A stretch of 63,124 nucleotides of DNA, counting the filler, from Octopus bimaculoides (lineage: Eukaryota): NCBI RefSeq assembly GCF_001194135.2. It is 4 parts of 4 records of this genome, joined end to end, with 100 filler letters (N's around TTAATTAATTAA, not from the genome) between each part and the next. Parts side by side here need not be neighbours in the genome. Positions count along the whole stretch, not along the records: positions 15,649 to 34,848 come from NC_068991.1; positions 34,949 to 57,147 come from NC_068992.1; 2 more parts are not named here. One strand, 5' to 3'. Made by a program: the position numbers and the translations under genes. This document shows, one piece after another, positions 24,093 to 36,960 of this stretch (position 1 is the first letter of the stretch; each line of letters begins with the position of its first letter). The notes under the pieces are model-generated. The model worked only from the letters and a program-made list of their open reading frames with translations. It was not told the DNA's origin and did not search any database.

Positions 24093-24833
24093 GGGATCTA
24101 GTTCCTTTCATTCGCAAAATATGCATTTTTAAAAGACAATAAAAAATCTGAAAATCGGCTATAATGATAAAGTTTTCCAGTCTCATTGATATGTTGTGGA
24201 GAAAAAAATTGGAGGAAAAAGTAACAGCTGTTTAAAAATCGAAAAAAAAAACTGTGTTTATAACCAATAGCGAGACAGAAATTTTCTGCGTTTAGCAGAG
24301 CGGTGTCAACTTTAAGATTGTACCCTGTGAAATTTATAGTTTAGCGTCTGTGAAAGAACCTCTTCATTAAATTCAAATAAAAATATGAAATGACCTCTTC
24401 ATATAAAATCAATATGTATCGTCTTACTGTTTCTTTTGTCTCTTCATTGATTACATGTTTCTATTATTTTTTAAATTTGTAATATTAATATATTTGTCTT
24501 CATGTGTTTACTTTTTGCGTATTTCAGTATTATGATAACTTGTCATGTACATCATTGTACATCATTAATATATGTGCATGTGTGTGTGTGTGTGTGTGTG
24601 TGTGACAAGGGGGGCGTCTGCCTCCAAAACTTCAAAGTTGAATAACGTTTCCATGCTTGGATTTGTAAATTGAAATAAGAATAACACTGGTCAACAAAGA
24701 ATTCGTCCCAAGAAAAAGAATACCTGTATCTTATATGGTTTTGCATGCAGAATTCAAAAAGAATGTCGTATTTATCTGTACTAAGTTCACAAAATTCAAT
24801 TTACCTTCATAATGTCAAGAAACTGTATAAACA

Positions 24834-26430
24834 TCTATTGCCGGAGGTGGATTAGCACAACCGGTCAGCGGCTGCTGTGAAAAAAGGTGGTGAAACGAAA
24901 CAGGGCCAGGAGATTGGGTTAGGAGTTATGTCTCTTGGTTGGGTATGCTGTGAAGCCGGGAAAAGTTTTCTTGAAGTGGGGAAGGTATGTATTATAAATG
25001 TGGTGCTCCTGTGGGGTGGGTGTGTGATATGTGTACTGGTGTCATATGCATAATTTTTTCCGGGGATGTGAGTATATATAGCTATGTTCGTTGGTCTTTT
25101 TCCGGGGATGTGAGTATATATAGCTATGTTCGTTGGTGGATACAATAGTGGAAGGTTTTTCATGTTAGCGTGCAGTGTGTAATGTGTGTGTAATGTAAAA
25201 TGTGTGTGTGTGGGGGGTCTCTGTGTATGTGTGGGGGTACAATTATTTTGTGCAGGGGAATGTGTTGGTGGTGGGATGTGCATGTATGTACATGGGTGCA
25301 TTGGTGTGAGCTTTGGTCAAACTCTTTTTGCCGGGCCCGAGGCATTGGTGGAAATTCGTTGGCGGAGGGTCGAGGCAGAGGACCTGTGGTTGCAGTCATG
25401 GTGGGTGCGTACTTACGATAGGATGCACTTCCTTTCATGCAGGCAAGGATTAATCACCTCGCTCCTGCTATTCAGGTAGACATCCAGGCGTTGCATACCT
25501 TTTAAAATTGCTCTCTTCTCAGCCAGGCATAACCTGCATTTGCTGCTGCTATTGAAGTACGGTTTGCATTTTTCTAGGATCTTCCGGACTTTGAACAAAA
25601 GCGCCACGGAGTACAGCATAAATTGGAAGATCTTAGAAAAATACAAACTGTAGTTCAATAGCAGTAGGAAGTGCAGATTATGCCTGGCTGAGAAGATAGC
25701 AAGGTACGTAACGCCTAGATGTCATCCTTGCCAGTATGAAAGGAAGTACATCCTATCGTGTCTGCTCGTTCCACCATGACTGCAACCACATGTCCCCAGC
25801 CTCGACCCTCCACTAACTACCTTCCAGTAATGCCCTGGGGACTGGCAAAAAAGTTTGACCAAAGCACACACCAATGCACCCATGTACACACACGCATACC
25901 CTTATGAGGCGGACACCCCCGCAACACCATCCCTACCACGCCAACACATGCTCCAACACACCATATTATTCCCACATATACACAGACCCCACACATACAC
26001 ATTACATACCGCACGCTAATATAAAAACAAAACCACAATTGTATCCTTTACAGAAAGAAGACAGAGCAACGAATACAGCTATATATACCTACACGCCCTG
26101 GAAAAAATTATACATATGACACCACTACACGTATCACACACCTCACCCCCAGAAGGAGTACCACATAAATAATACACACCTTCCCCACTTCAAGATAACT
26201 CTTCCCAGCTTCAAAGCATAGCCAACCAAGGGACATAATTTCTAGCCCAATTCTGTGGCCCTTCTTCGTTTCACTACCTTTTTCACAGTAGCCGCTGACC
26301 GGTTGTGCTAATCCACCTCTGACAATAGAGCGCAGTCACCATAAATCTGATGAGCGTAAAGTTATATAATTGGATTGTTACCTAACAACCTGTTGTATTC
26401 TTTACGCGAAACCGATGAATATTTAATACT
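24834..26430. mobile_element. Penelope-like element 3' ends in head-to-head inverted arrangement
   Basis: 24834-25585 (minus) and about 25584-26328 (plus) are diverged inverted copies. Both encode the C-terminus of a PLE GIY-YIG endonuclease (WKILEKCKPY...KCRLCLAEK...LNSRSEVINPCLHERK). A hammerhead-like core follows the plus copy. Confidence 0.85.
26342..26425 (+). ncRNA. Hammerhead-like motif with non-canonical cleavage site
   Basis: Stem I TAAAT/ATTTA, core CTGATGA (26347-26353), perfect 8-bp stem II GCGTAAAG/CTTTACGC, then GAAAC (26408-26412). GAAT stands where GUH is expected. Confidence 0.55.
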
Positions 26431-26792
26431 ATACATTTCGGATAATATACCCAGTCTACTGACAGTTATACGAGTGCATCTTTCCCTTACTTATAGTCTG
26501 TTAGACAACTCACGCATATATATATAGTAACTCATCCTCCCGTTACGTCTTGTGTTGAATCGGATAATGTTGTAATTTGGTAGGGTAAACCTGCCAATAA
26601 ACCCACGCACTTGTAGTTCCCTTTTGGTTTTCTTGTGAATTAATCAATTAAACAAGTATTAAATAGTTTGACGTCAATTTATTCATCACACTGCCGTGGC
26701 CTTGTCAATAGTTTCATTTTGTACGACTGATTTTCTGTGCGAGACTGCTCTTTTTATTCTTCCACTCACACGTATGTATGCGTGTACGTACG

Positions 26793-26853
<61 letters not shown>

Positions 26854-27149
26854 TTAAGTATCAAAAACATTTGAAATCGGTAACGCTTATTGTAGACTTT
26901 AAAAGGAGCATATCACGTAAAATAAAATGTAAAATCTCCTCTAGACATTGCACATAGCTATTATACATGTATGTATGGAAATGTATATCGTGACGTCTGT
27001 GCTGCCAACAGAAGGCAGAACAACAACGATAACAGTAACAAAAGTATGACCTTATAATATTTTTTCTTATCTGTGACATGATAGAGTATGAGAAGTCCTC
27101 CCATTTGAAATCAATAACAGCTGGACAAAATTGTGGGGAAGGAATCACT

Positions 27150-27480
27150 AAGCCTATTTAATACTGAGCGGAAGTGAGTCGTTCAAAAGATGCATTAACT
27201 GAAAGGAACCCATTTTTGCACAAAAGAGCAATTATTACATTAGGGGCAGGAATATGGATTATCTACTGTAATGTCCAATAGCTGGGACTATACATATATT
27301 CTATGGGCACGCATTCCGCCCAACAACTATTATAGGCTTTGACGAAAATTGCGCAAATGTTTGATGATATTGCCAGCAGCATTTTGACATGATTTAAAAA
27401 ACACAATGAATGAACGGAAATGAGTGAAATAGGCCAATCACATAAATTTGGAAAAATTAGTCAAGAAGTGAGGTATTGAA
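27150..27480 (+). mobile_element. Highly degenerate mariner fragments
   Basis: The translation RNPFLHKRAIITLGAGIWIIYCNV resembles the mariner PFL.RIITGDEKWI.YNNV motif. Confidence 0.4.
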
Positions 27481-28112
27481 TGACAAACGGGAAACATATT
27501 TATTTTATTGCTATTTCCTTCTTAACCAGAAAAAGAAAACATGAACCTAGTGGCAATTCTTAGAGACTTTCAAAGAAAAGCGAGATAATTTCACGAAGTC
27601 TCTCAAAGAGAATGAGTGAATGAAGGAATCGCTGAGGGAATGGATTTATTTGTGACTTATCGTATATCGCATAACCGTTTTCAGATGATTAATTCTGCTA
27701 GAGTTAGCCATCATCATGTATTACATTTACTGTTGAATACCTACAAATATATTTCAGATACGAAGACTGAGATATATTTGTAGGTATTCACCAGTAAATG
27801 TAATACATTAAACTACACTTAAACCATTTCAACCGTACAGCTTCGAAACTTCTAGATTGGGACCGTCGTTTATCAGAATTCAGTGGAAATGCAGAATATA
27901 TTAAACCATATACAATAGATGGACAGACATAGAAATAGTGAGACGAGTATGCTGATAGTGAGAAAGACAGACTACAAACATGTGTATGTATGTATGTATA
28001 TATATATTGTTGACATCCTTTTGTCTCGGGAGACAATGGAGTTGCGCATAGAATAATCTCTCCAGTTTGGAGAGAATTATATGTATGTATATATGTGTGT
28101 GTATGTGTGTGT

Positions 28113-28143
<31 letters not shown>

Positions 28144-28153
28144 NNNNNNNNNN

Positions 28154-28197
<44 letters not shown>

Positions 28198-28319
28198 TCA
28201 TCGTTTTTATATACTGGTTTAGCAAAAGATTGAGATTTAGTAGAAATTTCATGATTGTATTCATATTCCATATATAACATGCGCACGTATGTTTACATAT
28301 ATATGCAAATGAAGATAAA

Positions 28320-28490
28320 TTTGTACATTATTTACATTATTTATATTTGACGGATATTTGTCCTGATCTTGTTTGTTGTTAACACAACCTTTCGGCTGAT
28401 ATACCCTCCAGCCTTCATGAGGTATCTTGGGGAAATTTCGAACCTGGGTTCTCATTCCTAAGGTATTTTTTCGATGTTGTTATTATTATC
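28320..28490 (-). mobile_element. Short interspersed repeat or PLE pseudo-LTR carrying a minimal hammerhead
   Basis: Minus strand reads GATAC-CTCATGA-A-GGCTG-gagggtatat-CAGCC-GAAA-G-GTT-GTGTT. Confidence 0.6.
28381..28426 (-). ncRNA. Minimal hammerhead ribozyme, two core substitutions, probably inactive
   Basis: 5-bp stem II GGCTG/CAGCC and stem I GATAC/GTGTT. CUCAUGA replaces CUGAUGA and GAAAG replaces GAAAC. Confidence 0.6.
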
Positions 28491-28759
28491 ACTAAGGCGT
28501 TGAGCTGGCATTACCGTTAGTACGCTGGATTCAACGTTTAGCAGCATTTCGTCCGTCTTTACGTTCTGAATTCAAATTCTACCGAAGTCGAATTTGTCTT
28601 TCATCATTTAGAGAAAGAGCACTCGCTAAGATTTGATATCAGGAAGCACATACCCGGAAGAAATATTACAAACCATTCTGTCCAACGCTCAAACCATTCA
28701 GCTATTTTACTTATGTACATTAGTAAACGTAAAGATAATGGTCCTTTTTCTTCCGTTGA

Positions 28760-30930
28760 TGCAGCACTACCTTTGGCCGCATACGCAATTTGTTGATAGA
28801 GTTAGAGTCTGAATATCTATATCAACACATAACACCATTCGAGGAAGAACTATACAAAATAATACGTAATCTCATATTCAGGAAATATCCGGCAAAGAAA
28901 AATGAACACCAGCTGAAACTGAATAAAATATTGAAGGTTTTTAAAAAACAAACGGAATATTTGTGCCAGCGGAAAACCGGCAATCTTTATACTGTAGACA
29001 CCACACTATATAATAGTTTACTCAAAAAAGAAATGCTCAGTAAATACAAGCATGCACCCAATAACAACTTAGATAATATAAACAAAAAGGGGTTAGAAAT
29101 AGTAAAAAATCTAGGGATAGATGATAGAACTGAACCATATGCCCCCACCCAAACCTATGCTAAACCTAAAGAACCACAAAAATAACTTCGAAAGTGGCCT
29201 TAAAATGAGATTAATCTGTCCATCGAAAATGGACATTGGACGTATATGTAAAAACATCATAGAGAGAGTAATGCTCAAACTAAGAACTATGGATGGTTAT
29301 ATGAGAGCAGAGAAAACTAAAAAACCAAATTCATACAATTAGATATAGATAGCTACTATTCCATGATTAATCCTACAGTACAGCACTTATTTTCGCAATG
29401 AAAAGCTCTAGTTTATCTAGGACAGACGTGGACATAATTTTAGCAGCTCGTCAAACTGTTATTAGTTACGATAACAAACTATGGACGAGATCAGATAGGG
29501 CTAATTCCTTTGATATAACAATGAGTTCGAGTCACTCGGCTCAAGTAACAGATATTGTTGGAATCTACCTTTTATCTGAGGTCTAATCAGAATTCCCATA
29601 GATAAAGAGAAATCTATACAGGGACGATGCTCTTTTCCTATTAAAAAAAAACTGTACAAAAATTGAGATAGGAAGATATACAAAAGAACTCCGTGAATGT
29701 TTTAGACGTTTCGGCCTTTCTATTACCATAGACTGTAATTACCGTAAGGTAAATTTTCTAGATACGACTTAATTTGGAAAGCGACATGTATGAACCATAC
29801 CACAAACCTAATGAGGGCATAAGATACATAAACGTCAATTCCAATCATCCACCGTCCATAACCAAGAGAATAATTAAGAACATAGCCACCTGAATATCAA
29901 GATTATCAGTCACAGAGGAAATATTCAATCAACATGCGCCATACTACAATGAAGCGTTTACAAAATCAAGTTTGAAAATAATGAAACCCGAAATAACACA
30001 AACGCAAATAAGGTAGAATACACACATAACACGAATGACTTCAACAAACGAATAACAATAAAAATGGGAAAACCTGAGAAACAAAAGAATGACGGGGGGA
30101 AAACAGATATAACCTTAAAGAATAGGAAGAATAGGAATAATTGGAATACAGACTCATATAATCGCGACAGCACACAAAATAGGTTGAAGGAACCAAACAA
30201 AAGGTACAAAAACTCAGAGGTCCTATGGTATGATCCAATTTTTAGACTCCAAATATCGTCCAAGATAGGTAAGCAATTCATTACAGCATTAAATAGATGC
30301 TTCCCTAAAACACACGAATATTACCGTTTATTCAACAAGCACAGTGAAAATATCGTGCGCAACATCTTACAACAGGGAGTACTACATACATAAATACAAC
30401 AACAGGAAATTAAGTATACAAACAACGCCTCCTGGCAGAGAACAAACAAATCAAAACATCACTGGATTTAAGGCCAATGACAAAAATAAACTACAGACTG
30501 CAAAAACTCAGATGGTAATAAAATTTAAATGAATCATCAAAAAAGATCCAACAAAAAAGATTGCTGATTTCACAATACTCCATACACTAACAATTAAACA
30601 GAACATCATGAAAACAGAATCAAAAGGGTAACAGATAAACATAAAAATAATATTAGTACAAATATGCCATAGAAAATCCGCTTGTCCACTCATGAATCAA
30701 TGTGTCCAAAATAACATTGTATACAAATGCACAATCTCCACATCTCAACATAAATACGTGTACATAGGTGCCACGGAAAACCAATTCAAAGTCCGTTCTC
30801 GCAACCACATGTCGTCATTCCAAAAATAAACAACTTCACTGGCAGACCTTATATGGGGACTGAAAGAATCAAAAATTAAATACGAAATGAAATGGTCAAT
30901 AATAAAAAAAATACACACCCATGTAATTCG
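28760..30930 (+). mobile_element. Penelope-like retroelement, decayed RT plus C-terminal GIY-YIG endonuclease
   Basis: FDITMSS.HSAQVTDIVGIYLL, LYRDDAL (YRDD at about 29616-29627), FLDTT.NL...YEPYHKPN, CPLMNQCVQNNIVYKCTI and YIGATENQFKVRSRNHMSSF. Many stops and frameshifts. Confidence 0.9.
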
Positions 30931-31581
30931 CTATCCAACAGGGAAGCATTGAGTTTACTGCTGAGCAATGAGAACCTGGCAAACAAGCATGATGAGAAAA
31001 TTCCAAGATGGAAAAGTGTATAAAAACTATAATAATTAGTATTCTATTTCACCACATCCATCCTTTCCGACTGATGTCTATATATATATATATATATNNN
31101 NNNNNNNNNNNNNNNNNNNNNNNNNNNNNNNNNNNNNNNNNNNNNNNNNNNNNNNNNNNNNNNNNNNNNNNNNNNNNNNNNNNNNNNNNNNNNNNNNNNN
31201 NNNNNNNNNNNNNNNNNNNNNNNNNNNNNNNNNNNNNNNNNNNNNNNNNNNNNNNNNNNNNNNNNNNNNNNNNNNNNNNNNNNNNNNNNNNNNNNNNNNN
31301 NNNNNNNNNNNNNNNNNNNNNNNNNNNNNNNNNNNNNNNNNNNNNNNNNNNNNNNNNNNNNNNNNNNNNNNNNNNNNNNNNNNNNNNNNNNNNNNNNNNN
31401 NNNNNNNNNNNNNNNNNNNNNNNNNNNNNNNNNNNNNNNNNNNNNNNNNNNNNNNNNNNNNNNNNNNNNNNNNNNNNNNNNNNNNNNNNNNNNNNNNNNN
31501 NNNNNNNNNNNNNNNNNNNNNNNNNNNNNNNNNNNNNNNNNNNNNNNNNNNNNNNNNNNNNNNNNNNNNNNNNNNNNNNNN

Positions 31582-31629
<48 letters not shown>

Positions 31630-32064
31630 GGGGGAAGCCCAGAGATGTAGCCGTGTGTATATGTGTGTCAGTGATTGTATATGTATGAGCGTATGTGTCA
31701 GTGCATTTGCGAAATAATAAAATTTAGTATCTGCAACCTAACATGTGAAACAAAGTGGACAGCCAAAGTATACAATGTCATTCATGTCGAGCATGTAGAG
31801 GTACGTTGACAGCGAGCAGAATGGAACTGCCAGCGACTACTAGATTCAAAAGAACCAGTTGGATGTGTTAGCATCAAAGTCAAAGATTTACTACCGAGGG
31901 CAGTGATTATATATCACCTGAGGAAATACAACTGGATCCCATTATACAGATAAACCGTTGCTTAATTTCAATCCTGTCTATATGTGGATCTATGTTGTAT
32001 CGAACATGTGTAGTGTTTATTAAATAGCTGTCTAAACGTACTCCTTCCTGTTGACTCTATTTAT

Positions 32065-32144
<80 letters not shown>

Positions 32145-32296
32145 TACATATACATACATACATACATACATACATCACAATATAATGGATTCAACTAATT
32201 TGGTGCTACTCATAAAAAGGCTCCTTAACGTATCATTCTACAATCACGGACTATATAGTACAATATAAAAGAAAAACATAAAGAGTGTATAAAATT

Positions 32297-32609
32297 ATAA
32301 ATAAGGATAAAAATATACTATGCTAAAATTAATTTTTCTCCTTGGAAATTCTTATTTAACAATTGTTTCGCAGCTTAATAAAAATGTATAGATAATTCAT
32401 TTGATTATGAAGCTTTAGCTTAATATTTGCATTAATTTAAAGGTTGTATATACATTCATACACATATATAAGTAATTTATTAACTATTATAAAATATAAG
32501 AAAATAAATTATTTATACACGTTTATTAAACTGTGAAACAGTTGTCGTTAAATAAGAATTTCCAATGGTAAAATAAATTTTATCATTGTATATTTCGCTC
32601 CTTATTTAT
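32297..32609. mobile_element. AT-rich fold-back (MITE-like) element
   Basis: About 100-bp imperfect inverted arms: ataaataaggataaaaatatac...ggaaattcttatttaac versus gttaaataagaatttcc...gtatatttcgctccttatttat. Confidence 0.6.
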
Positions 32610-33382
32610 GATTATTATTATTTATATGTGTGTGTGCACATATAAATATATATATGTGTATGTGTGTGTATACATTATGTATATATATATATATATATAT
32701 ATATACACGTATATATAAACAAGTGCATAATATATTTATTTTAAGATGTAGTACAATATTCATATAAATATGCAAACATATATATATATATACACACAAA
32801 AATATATACATGTGCGATGTATATGTCTGAATATGTGCACATATGTAAATATCTATATTGTTCTGTATGTGTGCGTGCATGTGTATACATATGGATGTGT
32901 GCGAGTTTGTGTGTTCGTCTTTGTGTGTGCTTGTCTGCATGCGTAGTGAAAAGATGAAAAACATAAGTCAAGAAACAAAAAGGGGAAAGAGTGGAATAAG
33001 AACATATGTTTAAAATATATTTCCTTAAATACATAAGACGTTCACAGTCACTTGGGAGCTTAAAGGCCTTGACATTTGCTCAAGACCATACATGAATAAT
33101 GATTTTTCCTTGAAATGCCTCAATTCAAAAAGAATATTTATGCCTAAATGCCAATAGCAATGATTATGTCGGCATGGCTGCCTATGCTCTCCAATGCTTT
33201 AGATATTAAAGTGTCGCATGAAATGGAGCACAGATATAAAAGCTCACGGTGATTTAGACGGAGAATCATTTATATATATATANNNNNNNNNNNNNNNNNN
33301 NNNNNNNNNNNNNNNNNNNNNNNNNNNNNNNNNNNNNNNNNNNNNNNNNNNNNNNNNNNNNNNNNNNNNNNNNNNNNNNNNN

Positions 33383-33578
33383 TCATGCTGGGGCACCGCC
33401 TTAATGGGATTTAGTCGAACAACTCGACCCCAGTACTTTTTCTTTATAAGCCTAGTACTTATTCTAGGCTCTTTTGCTGAACCGCTAAGTTACGGGCACG
33501 TAAACACACCAACATCGGTTGTCAAGCGATGGATTTGTGTGTGTGTGTGTCTGTTGGGACAATAACACACACACACAA

Positions 33579-33610
<32 letters not shown>

Positions 33611-33774
33611 ACGACGAGCTTCTTTCAGTTTCCGTCTTCCCAATTCACTCACAAAGCTTTGGTCGGCCCGGGGCTATAGCAGAAGACACTTGCCCAAGGT
33701 GCCACGCAGTGAGACTGAACCCGGAACCATGTGACTGGGAAGCAAGTTTCTTACCGCACAGCCACTCCTGCGCC
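33383..33774 (-). mobile_element. tRNA-derived SINE with internal microsatellite, 'ggcgcaggagtggctgtg' family
   Basis: Minus strand begins ggcgcaggagtggctgtgcggtaag...ggttcagtc. Homologous to the copies at 34456 and 56759. Confidence 0.88.
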
Positions 33775-34003
33775 TAATATGTACATTATATGACATATAA
33801 TACGCTAACATACACTAACACACTAACACACAAAATACAAAAGTGCATTTTTAAGGCTACAAACAGCTTCACATGTTATGACAGTTGTACGGTTAACAAA
33901 TTTTGTGCATTTAAGTTATAAGTTCTTTAAAGTTAATCCTGTTAGTGACCATAGAATTGTCTTAAATTTTCTTGTTCACGTATACGTATAATATACATTT
34001 GTA

Positions 34004-34040
<37 letters not shown>

Positions 34041-34042
<2 letters not shown>

Positions 34043-34413
34043 CTTTTATCTTTTACTTGTTTCAGTCATTAAACAGCGGCCATGCTGGGGTACCACCTTG
34101 AAGAATTTTTAGTCGAATGAATCGACCCCAGCACTTGCTTTTTTTGTTTAAACCTGGTTCGTATTTTATCGGTGTCTTGCAGAACCGCTAAGTTACGGGG
34201 ACGTAAGCACACCAAAACTGGTTATCAAGCGGTGGTGGGGACAAATACAGACACAAAGATTTACACACATGCACACATATGATGAGGTTTTAGTTTCCGT
34301 CTACCAAATCCACTAACAAAGCACTTGCCCAAAGTGCCACGCAGTGGAACTGAACCCGGATCATGTGGTTAGGAAGCAAATTTCTCCTCCCCCTCCTACA
34401 GCAACGCCTGCAC

Positions 34414-34414
<1 letters not shown>
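34041..34414 (-). mobile_element. tRNA-derived SINE, same family
   Basis: Full-length homology to the neighbouring copies, with an (aaaagat)n-type tail. Confidence 0.85.
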
Positions 34415-34444
<30 letters not shown>

Positions 34445-34455
34445 ATACATATATT

Positions 34456-34837
34456 GGCGCACGCATGGCTCTGCGGTAAAAAGCTTACTTCTCAACCATG
34501 TGGCTCCAGGTTCAGTCCCACTGCTTGGCACCTTGGGCAAGTGTCTTCTACTATAGCTTTGAGCCGACCAAAGCATTGTCAGTGGTTTTGGTAGACGGAA
34601 ACTGAAAGAAGCCCGTCGTATATATATACGTGTGTGCGTGTGTGTGTGTGTGTATTTGTGTGTCTGTGTTTGTCCCATCACCATCGCTTGACAACCGATG
34701 TTGGTGTGTTTATGTCCCCGTAACCTAGCGGTTCGGCAAAATAGACCGATAGAATAAGTACTAGGCTTACAAAGAATAAGTGGGTGCTCCAACATGGCCG
34801 CAGTCAAATAACTGAAACAAGTGAAATAATAAAAGAA
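34456..34837 (+). mobile_element. tRNA-derived SINE, same family
   Basis: ggcgcacgcatggctctgcggtaaaaagc...ggttcagtccc...cagtcaaataactgaaacaagt. Confidence 0.88.
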
Positions 34838-34848
34838 TATATATATAT

Positions 34849-34948
34849 NNNNNNNNNNNNNNNNNNNNNNNNNNNNNNNNNNNNNNNNNNNNTTAATTAA
34901 TTAANNNNNNNNNNNNNNNNNNNNNNNNNNNNNNNNNNNNNNNNNNNN
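34849..34948. other. Synthetic assembly linker (44 N + TTAATTAATTAA + 44 N)
   Basis: Same layout as the linker at 15549-15648. Confidence 0.95.
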
Positions 34949-35291
34949 TATATAAGTGAAAGATGGATATGTACATCATCATCATTATCATTTAACGTCC
35001 AATTTCGATGCTGTTATGGGTGGGACCAACATTCCAATATTTTTTAGATACTAAATTTTAACTGCTTTCAAACTTTCAGCCTACTCTTTGCATTCTATAA
35101 TAATGTAACTAAAGAATAAATATTTATTTCTAACCAGAAATGATAACATTAACTATTCTACTAAACAGTCGGGAAAGAAATATAAGCCAAGCGAATGAAT
35201 ACGAAAGAACTATATTACTTATAGCTTAAATGACCGTTGGCGGTTGGTTCGTAGTGGCGCTTGAGAGAATGGTACAATAAATTTTCTGCAG

Positions 35292-35352
35292 AACAGCTGT
35301 TACTTTCTTGTTTACCGTGCGAAACATCTCTGGTTTGAATGCGTTCTTTGAT
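35292..35352 (+). CDS. Candidate small coding exon (TAVTFLFTVRNISGLNAFFD)
   Basis: Acceptor aattttctgcag, donor GAT|gtaagg, one open frame. No homology recognised. Confidence 0.22.
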
Positions 35353-35864
35353 GTAAGGCGTGTGTACAAATGGCACTATATTTCTATAGTTGTGTATATA
35401 ATTATAGATATGTATATTGAGTATAGTTAACACACACACGTACGCACGCACGTACACACATAGGCACACACACACATATACATGGATATGCGTATATATT
35501 GATATATTCCTATAATTCTCTCTAGCGTATTATTATGAATGGTTGTTGCGTTCAAATTTTATAGATAGTTTGGCTATATTATAATGGTTGGTTGACTTCA
35601 CGGAATATACTTTCATTTTAAATTATACATGGTGGTGTTGATTTTGATTATTCGTTATTGGCATGCTTCGAAGCAATTCATGCCAGCATTCCAGCCGATG
35701 TAAGCATAAGAAATAAAATCATAGATTGCAATATGTAGAAAAAAGAAATAATACACAACAACCTCATTTTTCTATTTTAAAATTGTGAATGTAGCCATCG
35801 TTTGAGTTTTGGTTTTATCAATGTACATTATCATGTGAACCAACAAACTGCATTTTCTTTATAC

Positions 35865-36060
35865 CGAATTTGTGAGACCCATAATAGAATGCACCTCCTA
35901 CACCCGCGCTGGTACTGCTGCTATGCACACATCCTAGACCGCATCCAAAGATAGGCCACCTGACTTATCAACACTCTTCAATCTCTGGTTCACAGTTGTG
36001 CTGTCTCTTCTCTATCATTTCCACTGGTATTGTAGTCTTTCTTTGATCTTCCCTACTCAC
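35865..36060 (+). mobile_element. Degenerate CR1/L2-group LINE 3' fragment
   Basis: Frame-broken peptides VRPIIEC, LDRIQR and VAVLSLLYHF resemble the post-RT region of CR1/L2 elements. Confidence 0.4.
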
Positions 36061-36479
36061 TCATTTCTCTTACCATTCTTCATATTGTTTCAACCTGAGA
36101 AACCCTGCACTAACCACAGTGCCGAACACTTCCTCCCAAAACATCAATTTTGCCAGTAATTTTTTTTTCCTCCTGTAGCCATCAAACTGCGACAGTTCAT
36201 GAGGAACCTTAGTTGCATCAATCTTACCAGTGTTATAGGGCTTGCAAAAACCATGCATATCGATGTATATCAAAAAAAATTATACGACAAAATAAATGTC
36301 AGATGAACTGGAAGTTTCTGACATCAACCAACAAATGCACAACACTGATAGATGAGGAAGCATCTAGGTGGTCGCTCAGCCTGCTAGAAATTGAGGCAAA
36401 ATCTTCTTCAAAACACAACCTTATCATCATCCGGTATTATTCAATATCTGTAGGTTGAATACCATTTATCACCATTGCC

Positions 36480-36960
36480 ATCTCTTTTGTGTTATCCTTA
36501 TACATTCTCTGTATTTTAAGTATGTCTATGTCTTGATATTATCCAGCCACATAATACTTTGGTTTTCTCTTTATATTTTCCCTTTCAGTTTTTTTTTTTC
36601 TAATTAAATGTCCGAAATATTTCAGGTTATTTTTTTTCTCTTTGATGATGTCTAATAAATCTTTTTTTTTTTCTATTTTAAGTATAATATATTCTAAAGT
36701 ACAACCACATTTGAGGGGATTCTAATCTTTTCCATTATACTATTTCAATGGCTATCTTTCAGATCCATATAATAGAGTGGACCATACATACCATTTTAAT
36801 AATATTTTCTCCATTTTCAATATTAGAACTTTTTTATGTTCATATATTTGACATCATTCAAACTACTTTTCTAGATATCTCAATCCTCTTTTTGATTTCT
36901 TATTTGGCTGTTTTTTGCTGATTAGCATTACTCGTGTTTGCTTTAGAATTACTTCCATTT
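36480..36960 (-). mobile_element. Degenerate RTE-like LINE fragment
   Basis: Minus-strand peptide YVWSTLLYGSE around 36760-36795, typical of the RTE post-RT region. Confidence 0.45.
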
